Positions 47,110-56,128 of a stretch of DNA of 64,000 bases are shown here, one piece after another. Under the pieces are notes generated by a model, which ran no database searches, was not told the origin of the DNA, and worked only from the letters and a program-made list of their open reading frames with translations. The stretch's first letter is position 1. Every line of letters begins with the position of its first letter. Source of the DNA: a virus. A program made the position numbers and the translations under genes. The DNA lies in IMG/VR virus record IMGVR_UViG_3300014026_000114; one strand, given 5' to 3'.

Positions 47110-48292
47110 TTTTCTTTATGTAGGCGTAGGACAATGCGGAAACAAATTTGTAGACGCGTTTGCATTGAATAAAAACACTGCTGTTGCGGTAAATACAACT
47201 CAAAAAGACATGGAAAGTCTAAAGCACCTTGATCGCCAAAACCTTGTCAATATCACGGCAAATGGTTCTAAGGGCGGTGCAGGTAAGACGCCTGCTCTTG
47301 GCGCAAAGGCGATGCAGGAGCACATTGACGATGTGTATGCACGATTGATGTCTCTTGGCGCTGAGGCAGATTATTTCTTCCTTTGGGCTGGTCTTGGAGG
47401 GGGAACAGGCTCAGGCGGCCTTCCCGTGCTCTTAAAGCGTCTTTTGGAGAATAAGAAGAAGGTCATCCTTGGGCTAACGCTTCCAGATGATACAGAGGGC
47501 GTAGAGGTGCAAGTCAACGCCTTTAATGCGTGCATCCAGATTCTTAAACTTATTGAATCTTATAAAGTTCCCTATTTGCTCATTGAGAACAACAAGATTA
47601 AGAACAAGATGCAGCAAGTAAATTCGATTGACTGGGCGACGGTGAATGGTATTTTAAGCAAGACGTTCACGCAGTTCAATAAGTCTGCAAATAAGACATC
47701 TCCTTATTCGACGTTTGATGAAACAGATTTCAAAAAGACGCTCTATGTCAAAGGTATGATGTCGCTCGTTCGGGTCGCTTTGGATGTGAAGGATATTCAA
47801 AACGACATTTCGCTTAGAGATGCAATCATCAATGCTTGGACAAAAGACAACTACTTCGTTGACTTTGATTACGCAACGGCGAGCATTATGACGACCATCA
47901 TTGAAGCACCGGAAGATTTCTTAGAAAATAAGAGCAACTACAAGCTCATTGAATCAAGTCTTCTCAAACTGCGCGACGCTTGCGGCACTATTTCGCCATA
48001 TACAGGTATTTATCCATACAATGAGCGCAAAGAGAGCCGTGGAAACAAGATTGTTGTTTACAGTATGCTCACGGGTCTTAAAGCGCCAATGGAGAAGCTT
48101 GTTGCGCTTCAAACAAAGGCAAAGGAAGAGCAAGAAGCGATGCAAAAGAAAAAGGAGAGCAACAGTGTTGACTTCTCCGAATTTGCCGCCATTGGCAACG
48201 TGTTTGATACTGAAAGTGACGATAATGATAAGTCGCTCAGCGGATTAAATGCTCTTGACAGCGATAAAGAGCCTGAGTTGGATTTCATGTAA
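47102..48292 (+). CDS. tubZ: TubZ-like tubulin/FtsZ-family GTPase (type III partition)
   Basis: VGVGQCGNKF, GGAGKTP, GLGGGTGSG, FDETDF; divergent from chromosomal FtsZ. Confidence 0.82.
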   Translation: MLNFLYVGVGQCGNKFVDAFALNKNTAVAVNTTQKDMESLKHLDRQNLVNITANGSKGGAGKTPALGAKAMQEHIDDVYARLMSLGAEADYFFLWAGLGGGTGSGGLPVLLKRLLENKKKVILGLTLPDDTEGVEVQVNAFNACIQILKLIESYKVPYLLIENNKIKNKMQQVNSIDWATVNGILSKTFTQFNKSANKTSPYSTFDETDFKKTLYVKGMMSLVRVALDVKDIQNDISLRDAIINAWTKDNYFVDFDYATASIMTTIIEAPEDFLENKSNYKLIESSLLKLRDACGTISPYTGIYPYNERKESRGNKIVVYSMLTGLKAPMEKLVALQTKAKEEQEAMQKKKESNSVDFSEFAAIGNVFDTESDDNDKSLSGLNALDSDKEPELDFM

Positions 48293-48423
48293 TCTATTGT
48301 TGACCTCTTCTGTTTGGAGAGGTCTTTTTTTGTTTCTTTTTGAAGTTCATTGTATTCTTGTTGTAGATGTTTTTTGTTTAGGTTTTTGCGTCAGTTTTTG
48401 GCGCTAAGAAAGGAGTGCTAAAA

Positions 48424-49020
48424 ATGCACGAAATCAGATTTGAAGCCTTCCCTTACAAAATGAGCAAAAAAGAGATCTCTGCCGATGTCAATGAAACCGC
48501 GCGGCAAAGGGGTGACAACCCGTATCATGGGTTGGACAAACCTATTGAGTGGCACGAAGAAAAGACATTTTCTTGCCAGGAAGACGCAGAAAATGAGCTG
48601 AAGCGACTTGCTGAAGGACGTTCCTATCCACAGCTCGCAGTTCTATACCATCCTATCAAAGGCAGAGTAGTTGTTACTCCGACCGCTAAGATGAGCAAGG
48701 TTAAGGCACAACTTGACGAAACTGGTAGGCGGTACGCTGAACTGCACAGAAAGTATCACTTTGCTGATGCTAAATCAGCGAGAGTGACTTGTCAGCGCTG
48801 CAAAAGCTCCATTACAACGTCGTACATGCAGAAGCGCAATGACTGCCCTGTTTGTGGCAACGATATGCGATCTGCAACTATTGTGGAGCGCGAGAAAAAG
48901 TTGCGTGAGAAGTGCGATAAGTTGCACGCGGAACTTGACACCCTCTTTAAAGAGGCAGAGCGCAAACAGGCTGATAAGTCGCAGAAAATGTGGCTTGTGC
49001 GCTACGAGTATCACTCATGA
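48424..49020 (+). CDS. Hypothetical protein with zinc-ribbon/coiled-coil insertion
   Basis: CQRC...CPVC; paralog of the next gene. Confidence 0.65.
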   Translation: MHEIRFEAFPYKMSKKEISADVNETARQRGDNPYHGLDKPIEWHEEKTFSCQEDAENELKRLAEGRSYPQLAVLYHPIKGRVVVTPTAKMSKVKAQLDETGRRYAELHRKYHFADAKSARVTCQRCKSSITTSYMQKRNDCPVCGNDMRSATIVEREKKLREKCDKLHAELDTLFKEAERKQADKSQKMWLVRYEYHS

Positions 49021-49034
49021 GATGAGGTGATATT

Positions 49035-49301
49035 ATGTACGCAACGCGACATTTGACTGTTCCAGCGAGTGCTGACCGATCTCTTGTCACAAAGCAGATT
49101 GAGCGCTCTATTGCGTCTGAGTGCCCGTTAGGACTTCCGCGTCCTATCAAGTGGAAGGATTGCGTAAAGTACCATACTCGCCAAGAGGCTGTTCGCGCTT
49201 TGGATAACTACTCCAAAGGCGACCATCCGCAAGTTGCGGTGCTCTATCGGGACGAAGAAGGGAAGTCTTTGTGGCTCATTCGGTACGGCTACTATTGCTA
49301 A
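49035..49301 (+). CDS. Short paralog of the preceding gene
   Basis: GLPRPIKW / PQVAVLY / WLIRY match GLDKPIEW / PQLAVLY / WLVRY. Confidence 0.65.
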   Translation: MYATRHLTVPASADRSLVTKQIERSIASECPLGLPRPIKWKDCVKYHTRQEAVRALDNYSKGDHPQVAVLYRDEEGKSLWLIRYGYYC

Positions 49302-49453
49302 TCCCGAATTAACCACTAACAAATTGAGTTGCACATTGTTGTAACTCTTTTTGTTTTTTCTTCGACGTTTCAGAATTAGCTATAATTGAAAAAGGCGGTA
49401 ACGCCTCCCTTTTAAAACACACTAAAACAAAAACAAGAAAGGAATCCTTTCCT

Positions 49454-49783
49454 ATGATGAAAACTGTTGATGCAAAAGTTACCGATAAAAAGCCCAAAGA
49501 GATGCCATCTGTTGCCGAATTTACAGGGGCAAAACTTTCGGGCGCATTTAACACCATTGGTGCAAAGTTCGGACAAGGCGCTAAAATTGTGTCTCTTAAA
49601 AAGGATCTTGTTGTGACCGAAGGCAAGCTCAACAAATCCTTGGCAAGAGAGATTGGCGCATATGTTATTGAACAAGTTGTCAATGGCAGAGACACAATCG
49701 TTGTTCCACAAGAGTTTATTGAGCGCATTGAAGATCTGTTAGAGCAGATTGATGTGCTCAAGGAGGAAATCAGTAATGTCTAG
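49454..49783 (+). CDS. Hypothetical protein (weak Phd/YefM-like C-terminus)
   Basis: NGRDTIVVPQEFIERIEDLLEQ. Confidence 0.5.
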   Translation: MMKTVDAKVTDKKPKEMPSVAEFTGAKLSGAFNTIGAKFGQGAKIVSLKKDLVVTEGKLNKSLAREIGAYVIEQVVNGRDTIVVPQEFIERIEDLLEQIDVLKEEISNV

Positions 49784-50120
49784 TTCATACGTTAAAGACA
49801 GTCTCACTGTCGCATTTGCGACTTTTGAGGTTCTGTTTGATAAAATGCAGTCATTCGCATCCGAAACGAGCAAGGGTGTTGCTAATGAGATTGAGATTGA
49901 AGTTAAGCTCAAGAATCTTAAATCCAAAAAGAAGGATTTAATCGTCGAAGTTGGCGAAGAAGCATACAACCGCTATGTTGCGAAAGACGAGCAACTTGTC
50001 AGCACTGAGAAGCTTGATAAGATCGCAGAACTCGAAAAAGAAATCGCAGAGACAGAGGAAAAGAAAGCCGAAGCGAAGAAAAAGGCAAAAGAAGACGCAA
50101 AGAAAAACAAAGAAGATTGA
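49776..50120 (+). CDS. Hypothetical coiled-coil protein
   Basis: AGGAGG RBS; K/E-rich. Confidence 0.55.
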   Translation: MSSSYVKDSLTVAFATFEVLFDKMQSFASETSKGVANEIEIEVKLKNLKSKKKDLIVEVGEEAYNRYVAKDEQLVSTEKLDKIAELEKEIAETEEKKAEAKKKAKEDAKKNKED

Positions 50121-50304
50121 TTGCAATCTTGCACGAAAAAGCACTATGGGCGACTATGGTGCTTTTTGTTTTTGCTATTAGATAGAAAGGATAAAAAAGA
50201 GCACAATCTAACTCAGTGCGCCGCGCTTCGTCAATTTTTTTGCCAACAAAAACAAAAAAGTTTTCTCATGTTATAATTTTTCTTGTAGAAACGGAGGTAA
50301 TTAC

Positions 50305-50646
50305 GTGTCAATTCCAAGCATTGCACAGTACAGAAAAGATTCCCGTCGTGTTACAATGAGCGACTTAGTAGATCACTCGTTTGGCGTTTTTTTGGTTGTA
50401 TTTAACCTATGTTTGGTTTCAACCATCTATGGTGCATACGACATACTCTATGTACGCCAAATTTTTGCGATTGTACTCTCGGCGTATCTATCATTGCGCC
50501 TTTATCAGCGCTATCGGACACAGACAGATGGAGTAAGGTATCGGTTTCTTAAAAAGAATCTCTTGGGAAAAATCTTTACTGCGCTCTTTGTGCTTGGAAT
50601 GACGCTTGCAATTATCGCTGATTTGATGATGGTCTCACACTATTGA
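50305..50646 (+). CDS. Small membrane protein
   Basis: GGAGG RBS; 3 TM segments. Confidence 0.6.
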   Translation: MSIPSIAQYRKDSRRVTMSDLVDHSFGVFLVVFNLCLVSTIYGAYDILYVRQIFAIVLSAYLSLRLYQRYRTQTDGVRYRFLKKNLLGKIFTALFVLGMTLAIIADLMMVSHY

Positions 50647-50667
50647 TTGGGGAAGTGAATTTGAAAA

Positions 50668-51021
50668 TTGGCACATAAATATAAAGGCGTTAATGCAGTC
50701 AAGATTGGCAACAAAGTTTATAACTTACGTGTTGCTGATTCTTTTATGTCTCGTTTTTTGGGTCTTATGGGAAAAAAATCAATCCCGCAAAATGAAACTC
50801 TTTTGATTACAAAATGCAATGCAATCCATACTTTCTTTATGAGATTCACAATGACTGCAATTTTTATAGACAAAGGACTTCGCGTAACAAAGGTAAAAAA
50901 GAATATGAAACCGTGGCAGTTATGTTTTGCATTTGGTTCGGAAGATGTGTTTGAAATTATCTCTGACGGAAATGAAGACTTAGATGTTCCTGTTGGTTGG
51001 TATATCGAAACTATTTTTTGA
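50668..51021 (+). CDS. DUF192 family protein
   Basis: VADSFMSRFLGLMG, CNAIHTFFMRF...IFID, MKPW. Confidence 0.88.
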   Translation: MAHKYKGVNAVKIGNKVYNLRVADSFMSRFLGLMGKKSIPQNETLLITKCNAIHTFFMRFTMTAIFIDKGLRVTKVKKNMKPWQLCFAFGSEDVFEIISDGNEDLDVPVGWYIETIF

Positions 51022-51180
51022 CGCGATTTTTGCTTTTTGTACTTTTGCTATAATCAAAAACGTAAATGGCAGGTAGTCTTTCTTCTGCCACGAAGAATTA
51101 ATATATAAGTTGAACTAAGCAGGAGTATTTTCTAAACCAAAATGAGGAGGGAGTTGCGGACCTGCACGCAACGGTAAATT

Positions 51181-51924
51181 TTGAACATAAACAATAACAG
51201 CAAAGCATACTTAGCATGTGGTATGGGTTTGGCGGTACTCGCTGGTTTTGCGGGATATACGGCGATTGAAAAGGTACAGGATCTTGTACCTGTCGTTGTT
51301 GCAACCCAAACCATTGAACCGCATCAGCAGATTACGCAAAACATGGTTAAGACAGTGGAAGTGCCTGCGCTTGGTCGTGCGGATAATGTTGTCGATGATC
51401 CTTCGCTCGTTGTCGGCGGTTATTCGACCTCTCGCATTTTCGCCAACCAAACCATTATTCAACCGATGGTTGCTAAACAGTTTGATGAAACAGGCGCATC
51501 TGGACTTGCCCTTTCGATTCCTAAAGAGGATTTGCGTGCAATTTCCTTCCCCACAGACAACGCAAACTGCGTCAACGGACAGGTCAAGAAGGGTGACCAT
51601 GTAGACATTATTGTAACTCTTCATTCAGATGTTGTTGGCGGCGGCGCGAATACGCCAATCACTAAGACAATCCTACAAAACGTCGAAGTGTTCGGTACAT
51701 CGGGCGGCGGCAATGGTTCTGATGACGGGCAAGCAAACATTACCAGCATTGCGCTCCTTCTGAACCTCAATCAGGCAGAAATTGTGAAACACGCCTATAC
51801 AGTCGGCGATGTCTCCTATGCTCTCACACCTGGCAACAGCGTGACTGCTAAGACGAGTGGTTACACCAATTCCACTCTCCTGAACAAGTTCGGTTTCGTG
51901 GTTAAGAAGCAGGGTCAGCAGTAA
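51181..51924 (+). CDS. cpaB: Flp pilus assembly protein CpaB/RcpC
   Basis: SAF domain VVVATQTIEP, RAISFP, VKKGDHVDIIV, TILQNVEV. Confidence 0.82.
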   Translation: MNINNNSKAYLACGMGLAVLAGFAGYTAIEKVQDLVPVVVATQTIEPHQQITQNMVKTVEVPALGRADNVVDDPSLVVGGYSTSRIFANQTIIQPMVAKQFDETGASGLALSIPKEDLRAISFPTDNANCVNGQVKKGDHVDIIVTLHSDVVGGGANTPITKTILQNVEVFGTSGGGNGSDDGQANITSIALLLNLNQAEIVKHAYTVGDVSYALTPGNSVTAKTSGYTNSTLLNKFGFVVKKQGQQ

Positions 51925-51950
51925 TTCTGCCTAGAAAGGAAGACTAAATA

Positions 51951-54149
51951 ATGGCACTTAAAATAAACATGTCCAAGTTCAACTCTGTCGATAAAGACAG
52001 CAGTTTGGAGCACATTGACGACGCACAAGAAATCGTCCTTGAAAAGGAAGAGAAGGAAGAAGAAGTTCACGATGAACCCGTTGTTACTGAAACAGTGGAA
52101 GAGGTCGTCGTGGAGGAAGAGCCTGCGGTTGAGAAGAAGGGCTTTGAAGGTGCGAACAAGGATGTTCTTGCCGAAGCGCCAAATCTTGACGAAATCCCCG
52201 ACATTCAGCTTGCTGTCTCGGAGGATGAGTCTTCGCTTAACGAGGAACAGGCACAAGAGAATCTCCTTCGTCGTGAGAGCGCAAAGGCATACTCTATGCT
52301 CGAAGAGGAACTTGCCAACGAACTCAAGGCTACGGACATTAAGGCGATTAAACCAATCAAAGTTGTGACGATTGGCGGCAGTGAGCCTTACTATCGCACG
52401 GTTCTCTCTCAGCTTCGTGATAAATACCCCGATGTTGATTTTGTGAAGTACATCAATGTTGGCGGAAAGAACGCTTTCTACACAATTGATTCTCTGAACC
52501 CTGACATCATCTTTATGTATTATGCAACATCGGTTCAGTCTGCGCTCCAGTTCTGGGATGCTGTGCAGAACGATGTAGATGACAAGGGCGTTCCTTACGC
52601 GAAGAAGTATGCGAATAAGCGCATTATTGTGCTTGCGCCGAATGACTTCAAGTATGAGATGGAACTGCGTTCACGCGGTCTTAACTTCTACATCATGGAG
52701 AACAATTCAAGGACGCACACTGTTGATGTTCCCCAGCTCATGTCTCTCATCCATGATGCGTACAACGATATCACGAATCCTAATGTGCGTGCTCCGAAGC
52801 GGGAAGTTGTGCAGGAAGTCGTTCAGACGCAGGAAGAGGAAGTTATTGTTCCTCAGCAGGTCGTTAATGAGGCGCAACAGGTACAGCAAATGTACCCGAC
52901 GATGCCGCAGATGCAAACTCCTCAGCAGGGGATTCAACCACATCAAATCATCGGCGTTTACTCTGCCTCGGGCGGTTCTGGTAAGACCACGTTCGCAACC
53001 AACCTTGCAGCTATTCTCTCCAAATATGGCAACACCGAAGGAGACAACAGCTATCGTGTCTGCTTGATTGAGTACAACCTCGTTTGCCAAAACATTGACC
53101 TCTTCTTCAACTTTAAGACGGATCTTTCCGTTACGAAGCTCGCACAGGAAGTCAGCAACAACTACACGAACGCAAGCGGGGTAATCGAGATTACGCCACA
53201 GCGCATGATCCCAATCATTTCGCGTTACATCTACAAAGAGCCGAACACTGGGCTTGATATTCTCCCAGGTATTCAGGTTCCTCTTGAAATTGACCGTCTC
53301 CAAAAGGGCTTTACCAACTGCCTCTTTGCGGCGCTTCGTCAGATGTACGATGTGGTTGTTGTCGATATGTCTGCTGACATCGCTAAGACTGCTGTTCTTG
53401 AAGCATTTAACCACACCGATTCGTTCTACTACATCATGCCGATGGATGTCACGTCCATTCGCAGCACGCGCGTCCTCGTGAAGTTCCTCACGGGTATCTT
53501 CAAGAAGTCGCCTGAGTCCATCAAGGTTATCCTCAACAAGGTCAATCTCCAAAACGAGGAGTTCGGCGTTGATCAGGTCTACAAGGCGCTCGCAAGCGAC
53601 AACTGCGTGCCAGAAGGTACGATTCCTGATATGGCACGCGATACGCTCTCCGCTATCAACCGTGGTGTTCCTATCGTTCTTGAAGATCCTGAACACCCCG
53701 TTGCACAGGCTATCTTTAGTATCGCAGTTGGTGTCAACCCGATGCTTAACAGCGGCGAAATTGCGCTCGCACCGAACCCCGAGAAGGAAGAGTCGGGCGG
53801 CCTCTTCTCCAAGATGTTTGGCGGCAGCAAGAAAAAGAAGGAAAGCAACGACACTCCAAAGAAGAAGGAAAAGTCTTCTGGAACGATGTTTAAGAAAGAG
53901 AAAAAGGAAAAGGTTGAAGAACCCGTTCCCGTTCCCGAGCCGAAGTTTGAGGAAGTTCCAGAGGAAGTAGAAGAGAAACTTCCTCCGAAGAAAAAGAAGA
54001 AGTCAAAGGAAGATGCTCCGAAAGAAAAGAAACAAGGCTTCTTTGCAAGACTGTTTGGTGGCGGCAAGAAGAAAAAGCCTAAGATGGACAAGATGACAGA
54101 TGATCCCGAAAATAATCCGCCTAAGCTCCGCAAATTTCCTCGTGATTGA
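51951..54149 (+). CDS. CpaE/TadZ-like MinD/ParA ATPase with acidic N-terminal and Lys-rich C-terminal extensions
   Basis: GVYSASGGSGKTTFATNLA, YDVVVVD, ILNKV, AINRGVP. Confidence 0.8.
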   Translation: MALKINMSKFNSVDKDSSLEHIDDAQEIVLEKEEKEEEVHDEPVVTETVEEVVVEEEPAVEKKGFEGANKDVLAEAPNLDEIPDIQLAVSEDESSLNEEQAQENLLRRESAKAYSMLEEELANELKATDIKAIKPIKVVTIGGSEPYYRTVLSQLRDKYPDVDFVKYINVGGKNAFYTIDSLNPDIIFMYYATSVQSALQFWDAVQNDVDDKGVPYAKKYANKRIIVLAPNDFKYEMELRSRGLNFYIMENNSRTHTVDVPQLMSLIHDAYNDITNPNVRAPKREVVQEVVQTQEEEVIVPQQVVNEAQQVQQMYPTMPQMQTPQQGIQPHQIIGVYSASGGSGKTTFATNLAAILSKYGNTEGDNSYRVCLIEYNLVCQNIDLFFNFKTDLSVTKLAQEVSNNYTNASGVIEITPQRMIPIISRYIYKEPNTGLDILPGIQVPLEIDRLQKGFTNCLFAALRQMYDVVVVDMSADIAKTAVLEAFNHTDSFYYIMPMDVTSIRSTRVLVKFLTGIFKKSPESIKVILNKVNLQNEEFGVDQVYKALASDNCVPEGTIPDMARDTLSAINRGVPIVLEDPEHPVAQAIFSIAVGVNPMLNSGEIALAPNPEKEESGGLFSKMFGGSKKKKESNDTPKKKEKSSGTMFKKEKKEKVEEPVPVPEPKFEEVPEEVEEKLPPKKKKKSKEDAPKEKKQGFFARLFGGGKKKKPKMDKMTDDPENNPPKLRKFPRD

Positions 54150-54245
54150 CAATTAAAAAGCGAAGAGAGCAACATAAGTTGCTCTCTTTTTTGCTTATTT
54201 TTAAGGCTGTCGAATCGAATCCGATTTACAGGATATCCATGCTCT

Positions 54246-54677
54246 TTAGTTTTTGCTATCCTTTCGTAACATTCTCAAATTATCACGCACGCGTTCTAGG
54301 ATGCTACCCAACTTATTCAGCCCCTTTCCATCGCACACGCCCCAGTAGTGGTCGTTCCATGTGTTTCCTTCTATTAGCTTTTCATCGCCCGTGGAAAGGA
54401 GAGCATCAGCTAAAGATTGTGAACCACTGAATTTCGCCAAGACAACCTCAAACATGATGTCATCCTTAACCTCCTCCCAGTCATGTCGGAGATGCACACG
54501 CCGACCAAGGCGCTTCGCTTCGGACGGATTCAACCGTGTGAATTCAGTGGCGCGAGAAGGATCCTTTTGCGAGTGAAACGCCGCTTCTGCATTTTGGAAC
54601 GTCATCCCACGATAATACACGGGGGATGAATAAAAGTTCGAAAGAAAGTAATACTTCCCTCTGAATTGGTCAATCAT
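54246..54677 (-). CDS. NADAR (YbiA-like) family protein
   Basis: FLSNFY, EAAFHSQK, EAKRLGR, DWEEVK, AKF, LIEGNTWNDHYWG, GLNKLG.IL.RVR. Confidence 0.92.
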   Translation of the reverse strand: MIDQFRGKYYFLSNFYSSPVYYRGMTFQNAEAAFHSQKDPSRATEFTRLNPSEAKRLGRRVHLRHDWEEVKDDIMFEVVLAKFSGSQSLADALLSTGDEKLIEGNTWNDHYWGVCDGKGLNKLGSILERVRDNLRMLRKDSKN

Positions 54678-54735
54678 AAAAAACCATCCTTTCAAAACCA
54701 AATAGTATTTCCATGTTTTATTATACAATACTAAT

Positions 54736-55074
54736 TCAATTCGCGTTAAAGATATTTAATAGAGACGAGCCACCATCGCTGTCAATCTTTCGAAGAGACG
54801 CGGCAACTTCATCGCGGACGAGGTTATCAATTCCATTTTCTTCAACCCACTCACGCACATCAATACTGTTATCCGTACAATTAATGTATACATCATTTGG
54901 ATTCGTCTTCTCAAATGAAATGCGGAGGTTGGCATATTTTTTGTTTCCGAGTTTGTTATATCCCGTGTAAAGTGTATATGTCCAAATACGATTGTGACCA
55001 ACATGTACAATCCAATCATCATAGCTTTCTCCCGTTGGGAGAGCCTTTTTAACCAGTTCTTTAAGATACGACAT
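54736..55074 (-). CDS. Hypothetical protein
   Basis: AAGGAGG RBS; 112 aa. Confidence 0.6.
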   Translation of the reverse strand: MSYLKELVKKALPTGESYDDWIVHVGHNRIWTYTLYTGYNKLGNKKYANLRISFEKTNPNDVYINCTDNSIDVREWVEENGIDNLVRDEVAASLRKIDSDGGSSLLNIFNAN

Positions 55075-55307
55075 ATTTTGTTCCTCCTTCTTTCTAAATC
55101 AATATCCAGTCAATTTCCCCTAAAAGGAGTAGACTTGCCTACAACATGTCGCGCGAATTTATATCCACGAACATAATCTTTCACAGTTTCCCCTCCTTTC
55201 TTCGTTTTTTACAGTATACTATATATAGGGTTTGATTTCAGGAAATTGGCCGCCTCTTATCTCCCCGCAGAATTGCTAACGATTGACCAAAGAAAAGAGG
55301 TTTCACT

Positions 55308-55847
55308 GTGAGCACAAACTTTTATTGGACAAAGGTACAGCCGTGGTTTATAAAGAATGCCAAGCAGATAATTTATGACATCAAGACTGAATGCGAAAAT
55401 CCTATCGTACATATTGGAAAGCGTTCCGCTGCGGGACTCTATTGCTCTAAGTGTGGATGTGTCTCACATCGACATGGAACACAAGATGTCCACAACTCTG
55501 GACCTGACCTTTCAATTCTTCTCAGACGTTCATATTCTTCCGAGAAAGAACGGCAGCGTGCATGGGAGCGTGAAAAAGCTATCTATGATTTTGTAGAGTG
55601 CCCTTGTTGTGGAGAGTCATTCCTAAATACAGAAGGAAAACATGGAGAAAATATTATTTCTGTATGTTCTTTTACATGGGGGCTTATGAAGCACAAGGAG
55701 CTTATTCAAGAACTTGTGCGTGCAGGGTGCAAAGAGAAGCTGATTCGTGATGAATATGACTGCCTTATGACTCCTGCTGAATTTTGGAATGAGGAGTTTG
55801 AGCCGTGTTGTAAGATAGAGTTTCAGTGCGGCACTTGTTTCAGTTGA
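55308..55847 (+). CDS. Phage-type hypothetical protein with zinc ribbon
   Basis: MSTNFY, HIGKRSAAG, CSKC..CPCC. Confidence 0.6.
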   Translation: MSTNFYWTKVQPWFIKNAKQIIYDIKTECENPIVHIGKRSAAGLYCSKCGCVSHRHGTQDVHNSGPDLSILLRRSYSSEKERQRAWEREKAIYDFVECPCCGESFLNTEGKHGENIISVCSFTWGLMKHKELIQELVRAGCKEKLIRDEYDCLMTPAEFWNEEFEPCCKIEFQCGTCFS

Positions 55848-56128
55848 TACGCTAAGAGGGACTGTTCAGTTGCCGTTAATGTGCGACGACTGACGTTCCT
55901 ATTTTTTAGGAAGCGTTTCCTTTGATTCCGCATGTTCAGATAATGGACATCGTTAGGAAAGCACCTCAAAACAGAGAATGGAAAGCTGTCAAAATCAAAT
56001 CAAATTGAATTAAAAAACAAGGAAATTCTTCCTTGTTTTTTTAGTGCTAAAACAGCTCGTTCTTGGCTTTGATATAATCGAAGAAAAAGAAAAAGGACTT
56101 ATAACTTACAAAAAGAGGGATTTATACA

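Noticed and set aside
47102..48292. Cell-division ftsZ
   Set aside because: No dcw context, divergent motifs, paired with a wHTH gene: TubZ-like
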